Source: Clostridia bacterium (GTDB lineage Bacteria > Bacillota > Clostridia > UMGS1883). From it: a stretch of 46,103 nt of DNA. The notes below the pieces were generated by a model, which saw nothing but the letters and a program-made list of their open reading frames with translations, made no database searches and was not told the origin of the DNA. Both the position numbers and the translations under genes were made by a program. The DNA is taken from positions 1 to 46,103 of the forward strand of contig JAJQCX010000066.1 in NCBI GenBank assembly GCA_021202495.1, given 5' to 3'. Below, one piece after another: positions 25,335 through 36,600 of this stretch (position 1 is its first letter; each line of letters starts with the position of its first letter).

Positions 25335-26732
25335 ATGGATAACAATATTTTTGTTCCCGGCTTTAAAATTCATTTCATCGGCATAGGCGGCATCAGCATG
25401 AGCGCGCTCGCGCGCATTTTGCTCGGCGACGGCTGCATTGTCACAGGCTCCGACATGCGCGCTTCCCACATCACCGCGCGTTTGGAGGAAGCGGGTGCCA
25501 AGATTACAATCGGTCATTCGGCTGACAATATCACCGACCAAAATCTCGTTGTCTACACCTCAGCCGTCAAGGAAGACAATCCGGAATATATCAGAGCCAA
25601 GGAACTCGGCATCCCTCTCGCCGAACGCGCCGAGCTTTTGGGCGCAATCATGAAGCGCTACGAAGTTCCCTTTGCAATCTCCGGCACTCACGGCAAAACG
25701 AGCACCACAGGCATGCTCTCGCAGATTTTTCTCTCTGCGGGCAAAAACCCCACCGTCACCATCGGCGGAGAGCTTGACAGCATCGGCGGCAATTTGCGCG
25801 TCGGCGGCAAAGAAATTTTCATTGCCGAAGCGTGTGAGTATCACCGCAGCTTTTTAAAGTTTTCCCCGAAAATCTCGCTCATTTTGAACATAGAAGAGGA
25901 TCATCTTGATTACTATAAGGACATCGACGACATCATTTCCGCGTTCCACGACCTTGCGCTTCTCACCCCGCCCGACGGCTTTGTCATTGCGAATATTGAC
26001 GACAAAAACGTGCAAAAGGCGCTCTGCAATGTCGATAAAAATATCGTCACATTCGCGGTCAATTCCGACGCGGATTATACCGCACGCAATATAACGCCCG
26101 ACAAGCTCGGATTTTGCGCCTACGACGTTTATAAAAAAGGCTCGCTTTTAACACATATATCTCTTTCCGTGCCCGGCGTTCACAACGTCTACGACTCTCT
26201 TGCAGCCTTTGCCGCGGCGGACGTTTCGGGCATCGACGTTGCGATAATCGATAATGCTCTTCATCAATATGTCGGCGTTCACCGCCGCTTTGAAAAGAAG
26301 GGATATTACAATAACGCCGTCTTTGTCGACGACTACGCCCATCACCCCTCCGAAATAAGGGCAACTCTCACAGCTGCGTCTAAAATGGGCTTCAACCGCG
26401 TTTTCTGCGTCTTTCAGCCCCACACCTACACACGCACAAAAGCGCTTTTTAACGACTTTGTGTCGGTTCTCACGCAGAGCCGCTTTAACATCATCGTAAC
26501 CGACATCTACGCCGCCCGCGAAAAAGACACAGGGCTTGTCAGCGCAAAGGAGCTCTCCGACGCGATAATAAATTCAATCTATATAAAAACCTTTGATGAA
26601 ATTGAAACCTATCTCAAAGAAAACGTTGCCGAGGGAGACATGGTCATCACCATGGGCGCCGGCGATGTGTATAAGATAGGCGAAAACGTAATAAATTCCG
26701 AAAGGAGCCAAAACGGATATGGAGTATATTGA
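25335..26732 (+). CDS. murC: UDP-N-acetylmuramate--L-alanine ligase
   Basis: 465-aa ORF containing HFIGIGGISMSALA, the GTHGKTSTT P-loop and DDYAHHPSEI. Confidence 0.95.
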   Translation: MDNNIFVPGFKIHFIGIGGISMSALARILLGDGCIVTGSDMRASHITARLEEAGAKITIGHSADNITDQNLVVYTSAVKEDNPEYIRAKELGIPLAERAELLGAIMKRYEVPFAISGTHGKTSTTGMLSQIFLSAGKNPTVTIGGELDSIGGNLRVGGKEIFIAEACEYHRSFLKFSPKISLILNIEEDHLDYYKDIDDIISAFHDLALLTPPDGFVIANIDDKNVQKALCNVDKNIVTFAVNSDADYTARNITPDKLGFCAYDVYKKGSLLTHISLSVPGVHNVYDSLAAFAAADVSGIDVAIIDNALHQYVGVHRRFEKKGYYNNAVFVDDYAHHPSEIRATLTAASKMGFNRVFCVFQPHTYTRTKALFNDFVSVLTQSRFNIIVTDIYAAREKDTGLVSAKELSDAIINSIYIKTFDEIETYLKENVAEGDMVITMGAGDVYKIGENVINSERSQNGYGVY

Positions 26733-28677
26733 TCTCTCCCTCGCAAAGCTTAAAAACGTAACAAAAAACGATAACACCTACACCTTTTCCAAAAAGGGCG
26801 GCAGCCTCATCTTCGACGGTGAAAAAGGCACAATCTGCTCGCGAAAGACAAATAAGGACGAATACATCGTTTTCGATGTCACCAACCTTTCCGATTTTTC
26901 AGCCGCCGCCACTCTCTGCTTTAAGGACGACAATTCAAAGGAAGGCATCACCGTCAAGATAGGCGTTTTGCCTCACGTCAAGACAACCCTCGCCTTAAAA
27001 GAAGAAGCGGCGGAGGGCGGCACGCTCTTTTTAAAGCGCACCCTCGGAAGGCTCAAAACCGTCGTTTTGGGCGCACCTGTAAAGCTTAACTGCCTCACAT
27101 CATTTGCCTTCGGCGTCACACCTTCTCCGAACGAGATTTCGCTTATCATTCACTCGGCATATATTTCGCCCACAGAACCGGAATATCCCGTTCCCGAAGT
27201 CAAACTTGTCGACACTTTGGGTCAAAAGAAAATCACATCATGGCAGGGCAAAACAAAGGACGAAGCCGAGCTTTCGGCTTATCTCAAAAACGAGCTTCAA
27301 AAATCTCCCGCCCCGCGTGAAGGTTTTTCACCTTACGGCGGTTATCTCAAAAAAAGCTTTGCCCCCACGGGTTGGTTCGCCCTTGAAAAGGAAGGCGAAA
27401 GATGGTATCTCAAAGACCCGTTGGGATATGCATTTTTCAGCTGTGGGCTTGACTGCGTGGGCGTCGACGGTGACTGCAATTTAACAGGGATTGAAAAATT
27501 TTGCGACTATCTTCCCCCAAAGGACACCCCCGGCTGGGCGCGTTTTCGCAGAGACGAAAACACCTCCTTTTTCAGCTGGTCAAAATACAATCTCTACCGC
27601 GTTTTCGGCGACGATTGGTACGACAAATGGGCTGAAATAACAAAGCGCCGTCTTTCGGACTGGGGCTTTAACACCGTTGCCTGCTGGAGCGACGGCGAAT
27701 TTATCCGCCGATCCTCCATGCCCTATGTTCACATTCTCCGCGGCTTCCCTCGCACCGAAAAAAACATTTTCCGCGATTTCCCCGACGTTTTCTCGAATGA
27801 ATATAAGGCGCAAAGCGAAGCATGGGCGCAGCAGCTTAAAGAGCTTGCGGAAGACCAAAACATGATAGGCTACTTCATGTCGAACGAACCCAACTGGGCA
27901 TTTGTCGATAATCTCAACATCACCGCCTTCACTCTCGAACGCCCCGAGCCTTTCGCTTCGAAAAATTACATAATTGCACGGTTAAAAGAAAAATATTCGA
28001 CAATTGATTCTTTAAATTCCGCATGGCACAGCGATTTTTCATCGTTTGACGATCTTCTTTCGGGCGTCACCAATCTTTCAAAAGAAGCGCTTTCCGATCT
28101 TGATGAAATCTCCCCCGAACTCGTGCGCGAATTTATCCGCGTTCCCGCTCTCGCGCTTAAAGCGATTGACCCAAATCATCTTAACTTAGGTATGCGCTAC
28201 GCATGGCTTTCAAGCCCCGCCCTTGCCGCAGGCTGCGAATATTTTGACGTCTTTTCATTTAACTGCTACCGCCACGACCCCTATAATAGCATTGAAAACA
28301 TCGTCAAAATTGTCAATATGCCCGTTATGATTGGCGAATTTCATTTCGGCGCTCTCGACCGCGGACTTGACGCCACAGGCATCCAAGGCGTCGCCACACA
28401 AAGCGACCGCGCCAAGGCATACCGCTATTATATGCACCGCGCCGCATCCCACCCCTATTGCCTCGGCGCGCATTATTTCACTCTCAACGACCAACCCTAC
28501 CTCGGGAGATTTGACGGCGAAAATTATCAAATAGGCTTTGTCGACGTCTGCAACAGAGAATATCCCGAAATCGTAGCCGCCGCAAAACAAACCCATGAGG
28601 AAGTCTACCGCATAATTTCGGGCGACCTCGCCCCCACGACCGACAAACCTGACGAAATCGACCCAATTTGCTATTAA
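26719..28677 (+). CDS. Cytoplasmic clan GH-A (beta/alpha)8 glycoside hydrolase, family unassigned
   Basis: 652-aa ORF with no signal peptide. GYFMSNEPNW fits the NEP acid/base motif, and MIGEFHFG fits a candidate nucleophile Glu, in the usual clan GH-A order. The start overlaps the murC end by 14 nt. Confidence 0.6.
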   Translation: MEYIDLSLAKLKNVTKNDNTYTFSKKGGSLIFDGEKGTICSRKTNKDEYIVFDVTNLSDFSAAATLCFKDDNSKEGITVKIGVLPHVKTTLALKEEAAEGGTLFLKRTLGRLKTVVLGAPVKLNCLTSFAFGVTPSPNEISLIIHSAYISPTEPEYPVPEVKLVDTLGQKKITSWQGKTKDEAELSAYLKNELQKSPAPREGFSPYGGYLKKSFAPTGWFALEKEGERWYLKDPLGYAFFSCGLDCVGVDGDCNLTGIEKFCDYLPPKDTPGWARFRRDENTSFFSWSKYNLYRVFGDDWYDKWAEITKRRLSDWGFNTVACWSDGEFIRRSSMPYVHILRGFPRTEKNIFRDFPDVFSNEYKAQSEAWAQQLKELAEDQNMIGYFMSNEPNWAFVDNLNITAFTLERPEPFASKNYIIARLKEKYSTIDSLNSAWHSDFSSFDDLLSGVTNLSKEALSDLDEISPELVREFIRVPALALKAIDPNHLNLGMRYAWLSSPALAAGCEYFDVFSFNCYRHDPYNSIENIVKIVNMPVMIGEFHFGALDRGLDATGIQGVATQSDRAKAYRYYMHRAASHPYCLGAHYFTLNDQPYLGRFDGENYQIGFVDVCNREYPEIVAAAKQTHEEVYRIISGDLAPTTDKPDEIDPICY

Positions 28678-28694
28678 ACCAAGGAGGACACAAA

Positions 28695-29312
28695 ATGCCC
28701 TTTGACTTCAAAAAAGAATACAAGGAATTTTATTTGCCAAAAGCCCAACCCCAAATTGTGACCGTTCCAAGCGCTAACTATATCGCCATCAGAGGACACG
28801 GCGACCCAAACGAGGAGGACGGAGCGTATAAAACAGCCATCGGCATACTTTATGCCGTGGCATATACTCTTAAAATGAGCTATAAAACAGACTACAAAAT
28901 AAACGGCTTTTTTGAATATGTCGTTCCTCCGCTCGAAGGCTTTTGGCATTATCCCGAAACTGCGGATAAATCCGCGTTTTGTTGGATTTCCGTAATCCGC
29001 CTGCCCGATTTTGTGACAGAAAAGGATTTTAAATGGGCGGTTGAAACGGCAGCAAAAAAGAAAAAGCTCGACTGCTCATCTGCGGAATTTCTGACAATAG
29101 ACGAGGGACTGTGCGTTCAGATTATGCACATCGGCTCCTACGACGACGAACCCAAATCAATCATCTTAATGGACGAATTCATAGTCCAAAACGGCTTTGC
29201 GGATGATTTCACCCCCACCCGCCTGCACCATGAAATCTATCTTTCCGACCCGCGCAAAACAGTTCCCGAAAAGATGAAAACAGTCCTGCGTCACCCCATC
29301 AAAAAACTGTAA
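28695..29312 (+). CDS. GyrI-like small-molecule-binding domain protein
   Basis: The ORF runs from 28668, but AGGAGG lies 7 nt upstream of ATG 28695. The sequence MPFDFKKEYKEFYLPKAQPQIVTVPSANYIAIRGHGDPNEE...MHIGSYDDEP is typical of the GyrI-like family. Confidence 0.8.
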   Translation: MPFDFKKEYKEFYLPKAQPQIVTVPSANYIAIRGHGDPNEEDGAYKTAIGILYAVAYTLKMSYKTDYKINGFFEYVVPPLEGFWHYPETADKSAFCWISVIRLPDFVTEKDFKWAVETAAKKKKLDCSSAEFLTIDEGLCVQIMHIGSYDDEPKSIILMDEFIVQNGFADDFTPTRLHHEIYLSDPRKTVPEKMKTVLRHPIKKL

Positions 29313-29318
29313 TATAAT

Positions 29319-29350
29319 ACCCTGCCGATTTCGGCAGGGTCCTTTTCTTT
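29319..29350. terminator. Terminator between convergent genes
   Basis: Stem CCCTGCCG / CGGCAGGG (29320-29327 and 29332-29339) with loop ATTT, followed by TCCTTTTCTTTC. Confidence 0.7.
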
Positions 29351-29351
29351 C

Positions 29352-32300
29352 TCAATTTTCCGCTTTTTCCGCCTTTGACGCGGGCTGCATACCGTACCAT
29401 ATGTAAAGCTTTGCCGCTTCACACTCTCCCACGTCAAATTCAAGCTCGTTTTCTCCTTCAGCGACACATATCTTCGTCTGCGTTGCCCGAAGCAGCTTCC
29501 CTCCTTCGTCATACATCGCCAAATACGCCACATATTCTCCCGCTGTCCCGCTCACAACAAACGCCGCCTTGCCGTCGCTTACTCCGGAGGACACAGCCGT
29601 CAGATTATACGGATTGTAAACGTATATCTCAATTTCCGCCAAATTCAGCCTGTTGCCGTAATCCGTCGGAAAGAGCCACGCTCCATAGGAGGAAGACGTT
29701 TTGTTCACCGTTCGCACATAGCGAATGTATTTATAAGCCTTTGGCGCATCGAGCGTAAATAGCTCCTCTGCGCTCTCGTCCTTTCCGTCGGGTGCCGTAT
29801 TCATCGCGCCAATTGTTTCCCAGCTTTCGCCGTCAAACGACCCCTGCAGCTCGCAGCCCACAGCCAGCACCCAGTCCGCCCAGTAATTGCCGTCCGTCGT
29901 GCCGCCCGCGTTCTTCTGCTTTTTCACGGCAATTCTTACAACGGGGCACTCTCCGTCAAGTTCAAAGAGAAATTCTCCGTCCTCCGCCGTCGCCGCGGTT
30001 GAAACGCTGCCGTCAACGGCATTTTCCGCATTTGTCGAAATTATCTCCGCCTTTTGCGTTCCGCCCACAGTAAATGCGCTGTAAAATTCAATTTCAGCCG
30101 CCGCCATGCTGACGGCGCTCCCGTTATTGACGCTGTCAAAATAAATCATGTAATAAGTGTAGCTTTCGCCCGCCGTGTCTATCTCAATTTCCGCCGGTAT
30201 GTATTCGCCGGTTGCCGTCACGCCCGCAACCTCGCCGACCAAAACCGCGTTTGATATGTCGCCGTTCATCGGCTCATTGCTCGCGTAAATTTTCGCCCCG
30301 TTTATTCTGTTTGCAAAAGCTCCGTCGCCGTCAGCCGCCGTGTAACGACCGATGACAAACATTTTTGTTATTTTCTTCGCCCCGTCAAGCTGCGCTTCAA
30401 TGTATTTTGCGCCCGCCGTATCGGTCGAGGAATATGCCGTCGCCGCGTCGCAGTCAAAGGCAAAATCCACGCTCCAGCTTGAACTGTAAGCGTTGCTGCC
30501 GTAAGAGGCAATGACGTTTGCCTTGTAGATTGCCTCGCTCTCGCCCACAACGTTTATCAAAATTTCTCTCGAAAGCGACCCAATCTTGACGCTCATAGTC
30601 GTGCTGCCGACATTTCGCGCAGTTATTTTGCCGTTATCAACCGAGGCTATCGCAATCGCGTCGGTCGTCCACTCCGCGGCTTCGTAGGAATTTTTTAATG
30701 TTGCCGCCTCAAGTGTTATTTCTTCTCCCTGCGCCAAAGTGATAGTATCCTCCGCTTCCTCGCCGTTTAAGCTCACCACAATGCGATTTGCCTCGCCCGA
30801 AAGCGTAAAGCGCACCTCGGTGCTTTCTCCGTCATTGAGGTTAAGCAAAACATAATCACCCGACTCATCCGACAAAACTTGGGCTTCAACGCCGTCAATT
30901 TCCGCCTTTGTCCACCTTTCGCCGCAGCGCAGCTTTATTTCGTTTCCGTCCTTATTGGAGCAAATCACCGCCTCCGCGTATTTATCGTCCGTACTCCACG
31001 AAAGGCTCGTTATTTCCGCTCGCGAACGGCTCATCAGCCCCGTCACCGTGCCGCCCGTCCAGTCGCTCGGCAGCGCCGGCAGTATCTCAATTTCTCCCGT
31101 GTTTGAAAACGCAAGCGCCTCGTTCACCGCGCCCAACGTTCCAAACGCCGTATCCGTGCAATATGTGTCGTTTCTCCCGTTCGTGTCGTGATCCGTCATC
31201 ATTGATGAATAATACGCCGTCCCGTTCATCATTTTAAGCAGCGACTCCGTCATCGCGTCGCCGCGCTTTAATCTCGCCTCAACGAGCGCCTTGTGCATCC
31301 ATCCGTGCCCCGCCGTCGCGTCGCCGGTGTTGTAGCGGTTGCGGTTGTTCAGCGCAATGTTCGCCGCCTTCGCCAATTCCGTATCATCCTGCGTCTCATA
31401 TGCGGGCCACGCCACATAAAGATGGCTCAAATGCCGATGGTTGTTGTTTTCCTCATATTCCGCCATCGCCCATTCCTTCAGCGCCCCGTCCTCGTCCGTT
31501 TTGTAGTCCGAAATGCTGTTCTTTAAATTCTGCCACTTTTCAATTGCTTCTTCATACCCATCTCTTGCGACAGCCTCCTCAATCGCGCAAACCATGTCAA
31601 GCCCGTCTCTCGCCGCGGCAATGTCCATCGTCGCGTTTGCCGTCAACGTGCTCGTGTAGCCGACGGGGCTGTTTTCCGGCGAATATGTCGGGATTATTAT
31701 GTACTTTTCGCCCTCTTCAAGCTCTGTTTTGCTCTCATCGTGGCAGGCGTTGCCCTCCGCGTCCGTGTAATAGCGCGGCGTCACAATCTGCTCCCAAAAG
31801 TTCGCCTGCTTTGTCAAAAGCGGCAGCAAAATGTCCTTTTCAAGGTCGAGCCACCCTCTCTCCTTTATCGCCGCAAATTCCTCGTCGCTCAATCCGCCGT
31901 CCTCAACGCCCAGCACCTTTTGCAGATTGTCAATGCGCATATAATCGTTTATTTCAATTTGCGTATTTCCGTAGCACTGCCAATATTCATATATCGGCAG
32001 CAAGCACCAGCTTGCCCCCGCGTTCCAATATTCAAACGGGTACGAATTGTCATATTCAACGTGCATCGCCCTGTCCGCGTCCGCGTTTACGGAAATCTGT
32101 ATCGCGTCATGCATTCCGTAAGCCTTCTCCGCGTTCTCCATAAAATCGGGCGCATGGCGCAGGAAAAATGTGATATATCCGATCTGCATCTCGGTGAGGT
32201 TTCCCGTGTTCATCGCGCTCACCTGCAAATTCACATTTGCGTCAAGCGTATATATTCCGCGCCAGCCGGGGTTCCATTCGCCCGTCCACATTCCGCAAAG

Positions 32301-33608
32301 CCTCGGCGCACTCGTTCCCGAGCAGCAAACTTGGGCATACCGCGCCTGATTATACGCTCTTTCCATAAATTCATGGTTAATCCGCGTGTTGTCGCTTCTC
32401 TGCAGCGCAATTAAGCTGTCGTTGTCATATTCGGCGTATTCTTCATCGCCCTCAAGATCAAACGTCAATCGGTTAAATTCAGCGCTGTGCTTTTCCGCAG
32501 AAGGCGCAAGCGCCGCGTCATAGTCAAATTTTCCGTCCGCGGTGTATTTTTCCGCGCACTCCTTCGCTTTCTCCAAAAGAGCATCCGTCAAGTCGTAACT
32601 CTCTGCCGCCGCGAACGCCGCCATTATTTCCTCCGCGCTTGCCGTTTCGTCAAGCTCCGTCATGTCAAAGCTTCGCTCTGTCGCCGTTATTAAATAAACC
32701 GCCTCCGCATTTGTTATTTTAACGCTGTCAGAGTCTCCGATTATCATTTCCTCGTCGGATTTTTGCGAAACAATCTCCTTTTTCGCGCCGTTTCCCTCAA
32801 CGACAATTGCCGTCACGCTCGCATATCCTCCGTCGTAGAGCTCGCTTCCCTCATACACCGGATAATGCGCGGCAAGCGCGATGTAATCCGCGTTTTCCCC
32901 TACAATCTTTTTGTATCTCAAATCATGAACTTGGCTCATGCCGTTCCACGATTTGCTCATGTCCGAAATGTCGTCAATCGAAATCTCCGTGTTTATCAAA
33001 CTGCCTTCCGACGAACAGCCGATTTTTGTTATCGTCACGTTGTCCTCGCGCGAGGTGAACGTCGTCCTCACCCATTCGCCGTATTTATCGGTGTATCTCA
33101 CGCCGACTTCCGCCGTTTCGTAATTTGTCCACCTTTCGTAATTTGTATAATCATCCTCATACGCGCTCGTTATTCTCAGCTGCGCGCCCGGGTGATACGA
33201 ATAATAAAACGTCCGCGACCTCCTCACCTTGTTTCCGTCTTCGTCATAATCCCAAATTTCCCAATCATCGTTTAAATTGAAAACGTTTTCTCTCGCCTCT
33301 TCAAGCTGCTCTGTGAGCTCGTCGGGAATTTCCCTCGGCTGCGATGATGGGAAATTGAAATACATATGCTGATAAATAATCACATCCGAATACGGCGACC
33401 CGCTCGTCACAAAGCCCGTCTCGCCGTTTCCGCCGACCATTCCGTCGCGCCACGCGCGGCTCGTGTTGTCATGGCCTATCTCGGTGTAGCTTGACGCAAA
33501 ATTTCCCTTTTCGTACAAATGCTCCACTTTTGTCTCCTCCTCTGCATAAGCCCCGCCCGACGGCATAAGCATAACAGCCGCCAAGACACACGCCATAATT
33601 TTTTTCAT
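29352..33608 (-). CDS. Secreted multidomain GH95-like glycosidase (alpha-L-fucosidase/galactosidase type) with Big_2, two discoidin/CBM32-like modules and a small C-terminal beta-sandwich
   Basis: 1418-aa ORF with signal peptide MKKIMACVLAAVMLMPSGGAYA. GH95-type patterns are GGNGETG near the N-terminus, DANVNLQVSAMNTGNLTEM and NNHRHLSHLYVAWPAYE. An Ig-like Big_2 segment and F5/8-type-C-like modules ending ...AEIE(F/I)Y follow. Confidence 0.8.
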   Translation of the reverse strand: MKKIMACVLAAVMLMPSGGAYAEEETKVEHLYEKGNFASSYTEIGHDNTSRAWRDGMVGGNGETGFVTSGSPYSDVIIYQHMYFNFPSSQPREIPDELTEQLEEARENVFNLNDDWEIWDYDEDGNKVRRSRTFYYSYHPGAQLRITSAYEDDYTNYERWTNYETAEVGVRYTDKYGEWVRTTFTSREDNVTITKIGCSSEGSLINTEISIDDISDMSKSWNGMSQVHDLRYKKIVGENADYIALAAHYPVYEGSELYDGGYASVTAIVVEGNGAKKEIVSQKSDEEMIIGDSDSVKITNAEAVYLITATERSFDMTELDETASAEEIMAAFAAAESYDLTDALLEKAKECAEKYTADGKFDYDAALAPSAEKHSAEFNRLTFDLEGDEEYAEYDNDSLIALQRSDNTRINHEFMERAYNQARYAQVCCSGTSAPRLCGMWTGEWNPGWRGIYTLDANVNLQVSAMNTGNLTEMQIGYITFFLRHAPDFMENAEKAYGMHDAIQISVNADADRAMHVEYDNSYPFEYWNAGASWCLLPIYEYWQCYGNTQIEINDYMRIDNLQKVLGVEDGGLSDEEFAAIKERGWLDLEKDILLPLLTKQANFWEQIVTPRYYTDAEGNACHDESKTELEEGEKYIIIPTYSPENSPVGYTSTLTANATMDIAAARDGLDMVCAIEEAVARDGYEEAIEKWQNLKNSISDYKTDEDGALKEWAMAEYEENNNHRHLSHLYVAWPAYETQDDTELAKAANIALNNRNRYNTGDATAGHGWMHKALVEARLKRGDAMTESLLKMMNGTAYYSSMMTDHDTNGRNDTYCTDTAFGTLGAVNEALAFSNTGEIEILPALPSDWTGGTVTGLMSRSRAEITSLSWSTDDKYAEAVICSNKDGNEIKLRCGERWTKAEIDGVEAQVLSDESGDYVLLNLNDGESTEVRFTLSGEANRIVVSLNGEEAEDTITLAQGEEITLEAATLKNSYEAAEWTTDAIAIASVDNGKITARNVGSTTMSVKIGSLSREILINVVGESEAIYKANVIASYGSNAYSSSWSVDFAFDCDAATAYSSTDTAGAKYIEAQLDGAKKITKMFVIGRYTAADGDGAFANRINGAKIYASNEPMNGDISNAVLVGEVAGVTATGEYIPAEIEIDTAGESYTYYMIYFDSVNNGSAVSMAAAEIEFYSAFTVGGTQKAEIISTNAENAVDGSVSTAATAEDGEFLFELDGECPVVRIAVKKQKNAGGTTDGNYWADWVLAVGCELQGSFDGESWETIGAMNTAPDGKDESAEELFTLDAPKAYKYIRYVRTVNKTSSSYGAWLFPTDYGNRLNLAEIEIYVYNPYNLTAVSSGVSDGKAAFVVSGTAGEYVAYLAMYDEGGKLLRATQTKICVAEGENELEFDVGECEAAKLYIWYGMQPASKAEKAEN
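29619..30074 (-). repeat. 152-aa discoidin-like module, copy 1 (in the GH95-like gene)
   Basis: The core reads DGEFLFEL...KKQKNAGGTT..NYWADWVLAVGCELQGSFDGESWETIG...YKYIRYVRT..KTSSSYGAWLFPTDYGNRLNLAEIEIYV. It is clearly alignable with the two copies in the next gene. Confidence 0.75.
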
Positions 33609-33632
33609 AAATCCTCATTCCTTTCAGCCAAA

Positions 33633-36600
33633 TTAAGCCCATTCTTGTTTAAGATATCCTATCGGTTTCATATTATTATCCCACACAAAAGCTCTCACCT
33701 TTGTCTCGTCATATTGCAAATTTTCGGTGTCTATGACGATTTGCTCATTTTCATCCTCAATCCTTTTCGTTTCAAGCTTTATAAGGCAGCCATCATGGTC
33801 GTACAGCGCGACACACGCATCGCAATCTCCCTCTCCTTTTACCGGCAATTCAAAGCTTGCGACTATGCTGCTTTCACCAATCTCCAGCACCGCCGAATTT
33901 TGCATTGTCTTGCTTGTATATATTTCAATTTCAGCCAAATTGAGCCTGTTGCCGTAGTCCAACGGGAAGAGCCACGCGCCATAGTCCGAGCTTGTTTTAA
34001 CCTCGGTTCGCACATATCGTACATATCGATATGCTTTCCCCTCGTCAAGGTCAAATTCCTCCTGCGGTATATCCCCCGTGTTGTCGGGCCATGAATTTGA
34101 CTTACCGATAGTTTCCCAATTTTCACCGTCAATACTGCCCTGCACCTCACATCCCACGGAAAAAATCCAATCGGGCCAATAATAGCCGTACTGCGTTACT
34201 CCTCCGGCATACTTCTGCTTTTTAACAACAACCTTTGAAACCTTTTCCTCCCCCGAAAGCTCAAAGAGAAATTCCCCATCCTGATCCGCCTGCGCTGCGG
34301 TATCGGTGTCGCCGTCCAAAGCAAGCGGCGCATTTGTGGCAACTATGTCCATCTTCGTGTAGACAGGAATAAGCTCCTGCGGCATAACGTAAATATCAAT
34401 ATCCGCCAAATTAAGTCTGTTTCCACAGTCCGACGGAAACAGCCACGCGCCGTAATCGGAGCTTGTTTTTGTCGTTGTGCGAATATATCTTATGTATTTA
34501 TACGGCTTGGGATTTTCAATTTCAAAAACCTCTTCCAAATGATTGGTCAAATTATCGGGTGCCGTATTCATCACGCCGATTGTCTCCCATTCATCCCCGT
34601 CAAGGCTTCCCTGCAATTCGCAGCCTACCGCAAGCACCCAATCCGTCCAATAGTTATAGCCTGTCACGCCGCCCGCGTTCTTTTGCTTTTTTACAACAAT
34701 ATGTGTAACCGAAGCCGTGCCCGCTATCTCAAATATAAATTCTCCGTCTGCCGCGCTCTGCGCGGTCGTGCTGTCACCGTCAATTGCAAGCGGCGCGTTT
34801 GTGCTCAGAACTTTAGCCTTTGTTTCAAATTCGTTTTCGGGTTCAAAGCACTCCGGCATTTGAGGATATTCCTCAAGGGGCAAAATATCCCTGTATTCCT
34901 CTTCAACCCCCGACACGAGAATAATATCCTCATCACAGATAATGCCGTTATTTGAAAGACTGTTCCCTCCCGAGGGATTTTGATTTTGCCAAATTCCCGG
35001 GCAGTCAAACATTGCGTTGTCATGCACACTGTAGCCCGACGTCTGCTCGTCAAGATAGAGCCCTGCGCAGCCGTAGTCAAACCATTCTTTTCTTGTAATG
35101 TCGTGTATATAATTATACGCCATTTCACTGTTAGGCTGTGTTGATAAAGTATATATTGCCGCGCCGTCGCACACCGCCATGCATACATCGTGAATGTGAT
35201 TTCGTAAAATCTTGTTGTTCTCCATCGCCGTGTCTTCACTTGTCCAGCCAAAACCCACGCTTATGCCCGTGTAAGGCATGTTGCTCAATGTGTTGTGCTC
35301 AATGGTTATATTTTTGGGGTACCCTGCGGCAATGCCCACCGAGCCCTCATAATCCGCGCCTATGTTTGTAAGATAATTGTTTCTTATAATCTGCCCGTCG
35401 CAAATCTCGCGCTCATCCTCCGGATTATACGCAATATGCATTTCCGTGCTTTCGTCCGCGGTAAATTTGCCGATGTTTATGCCGTTTCCCGCAATATCAT
35501 AAAATACGTTCCCCTCGACAAGTCCGCCCTTGTCGCCGTAATAATAATCAAGCGCGGCAGCTCCCAAATGGCAGAACTCATTTCTTATGAATTCAATGTT
35601 TTCGCCGCACTCAACCACTGCTGCCGACGGTGTGCGGTACAGAGTAATCTCGTTTTCAAGATTAGATGTCAACACATACTGCGACGCTTGCCCTCCCACA
35701 GTGCCCTCATCGTTAGGTCTTGTCCAATTGGAATGTGCAAAAGTAAATCCTGTAAACGAAAGGTTTTTCACATTATCATCAAGCGTTCCTTTAACGCTCA
35801 GCAGCGTTTCTGTATACGGCGCAATAACCTCCGCATTTGCCATATCCTCGCCTTCCCGCGGTTTGTAGTAGAGCGTGCCGCTGCTCTTATCAAGATACCA
35901 TTCGCCCTCCTCGTCGATAAATTCATAGGCATTTTCAAACCAACAAATAAAATCAACCGTATATTCGTGACTGTAGCCGGTTATATCGGGGTGAGGACGG
36001 TTAAATATTCTCTCTTCCGCCCCTTTCTGAATTTTTATAACGCCTCTGCCGCCTATAATTTCAATGCTTTCGACCGGCAAAACGTTCTCCGTCCACGCCG
36101 TAAGCGTTTTTAATTTAACGTCTTTGAGATTATTCCAATCGCTCACTAAAGTTGCGTCGACCGTTATGCAGTTTGCGGGATATACGTATCCGTCAACCTC
36201 GGTTTCCTCTCTGTAAGCCTTTATCATTCTCATCGAATACGGGTCGTCCAAAGGCACATTTTTTGCTCTTACGCCTCTCTCTCCGTTTATATAAAGCTGC
36301 GCAAAGTCAAAATCAACATTTTCCGCCTTGTAGATATTTTTTTCCTCGTCAAAAAGAACCCAACCTTCAATGCTCTTTCCTCCGCTGATTGTCGCATTTT
36401 CTCCTTCATACAAAACGCTGTGACCGTTTCTTCCTCCGTCTTCGGGCGAAAATTCTATCGTTTCGTCAAGAGGATACACCCCTTCGCCCACATGAACTAT
36501 AACATCGGAGCTTTCGTTATATTCTCTCACCAGCTCCTTTGCTCTCTGCAATGATTGAACAGCATTTCCCACCCTTCCGTCGTTCAAATCGTTTCCTTGT

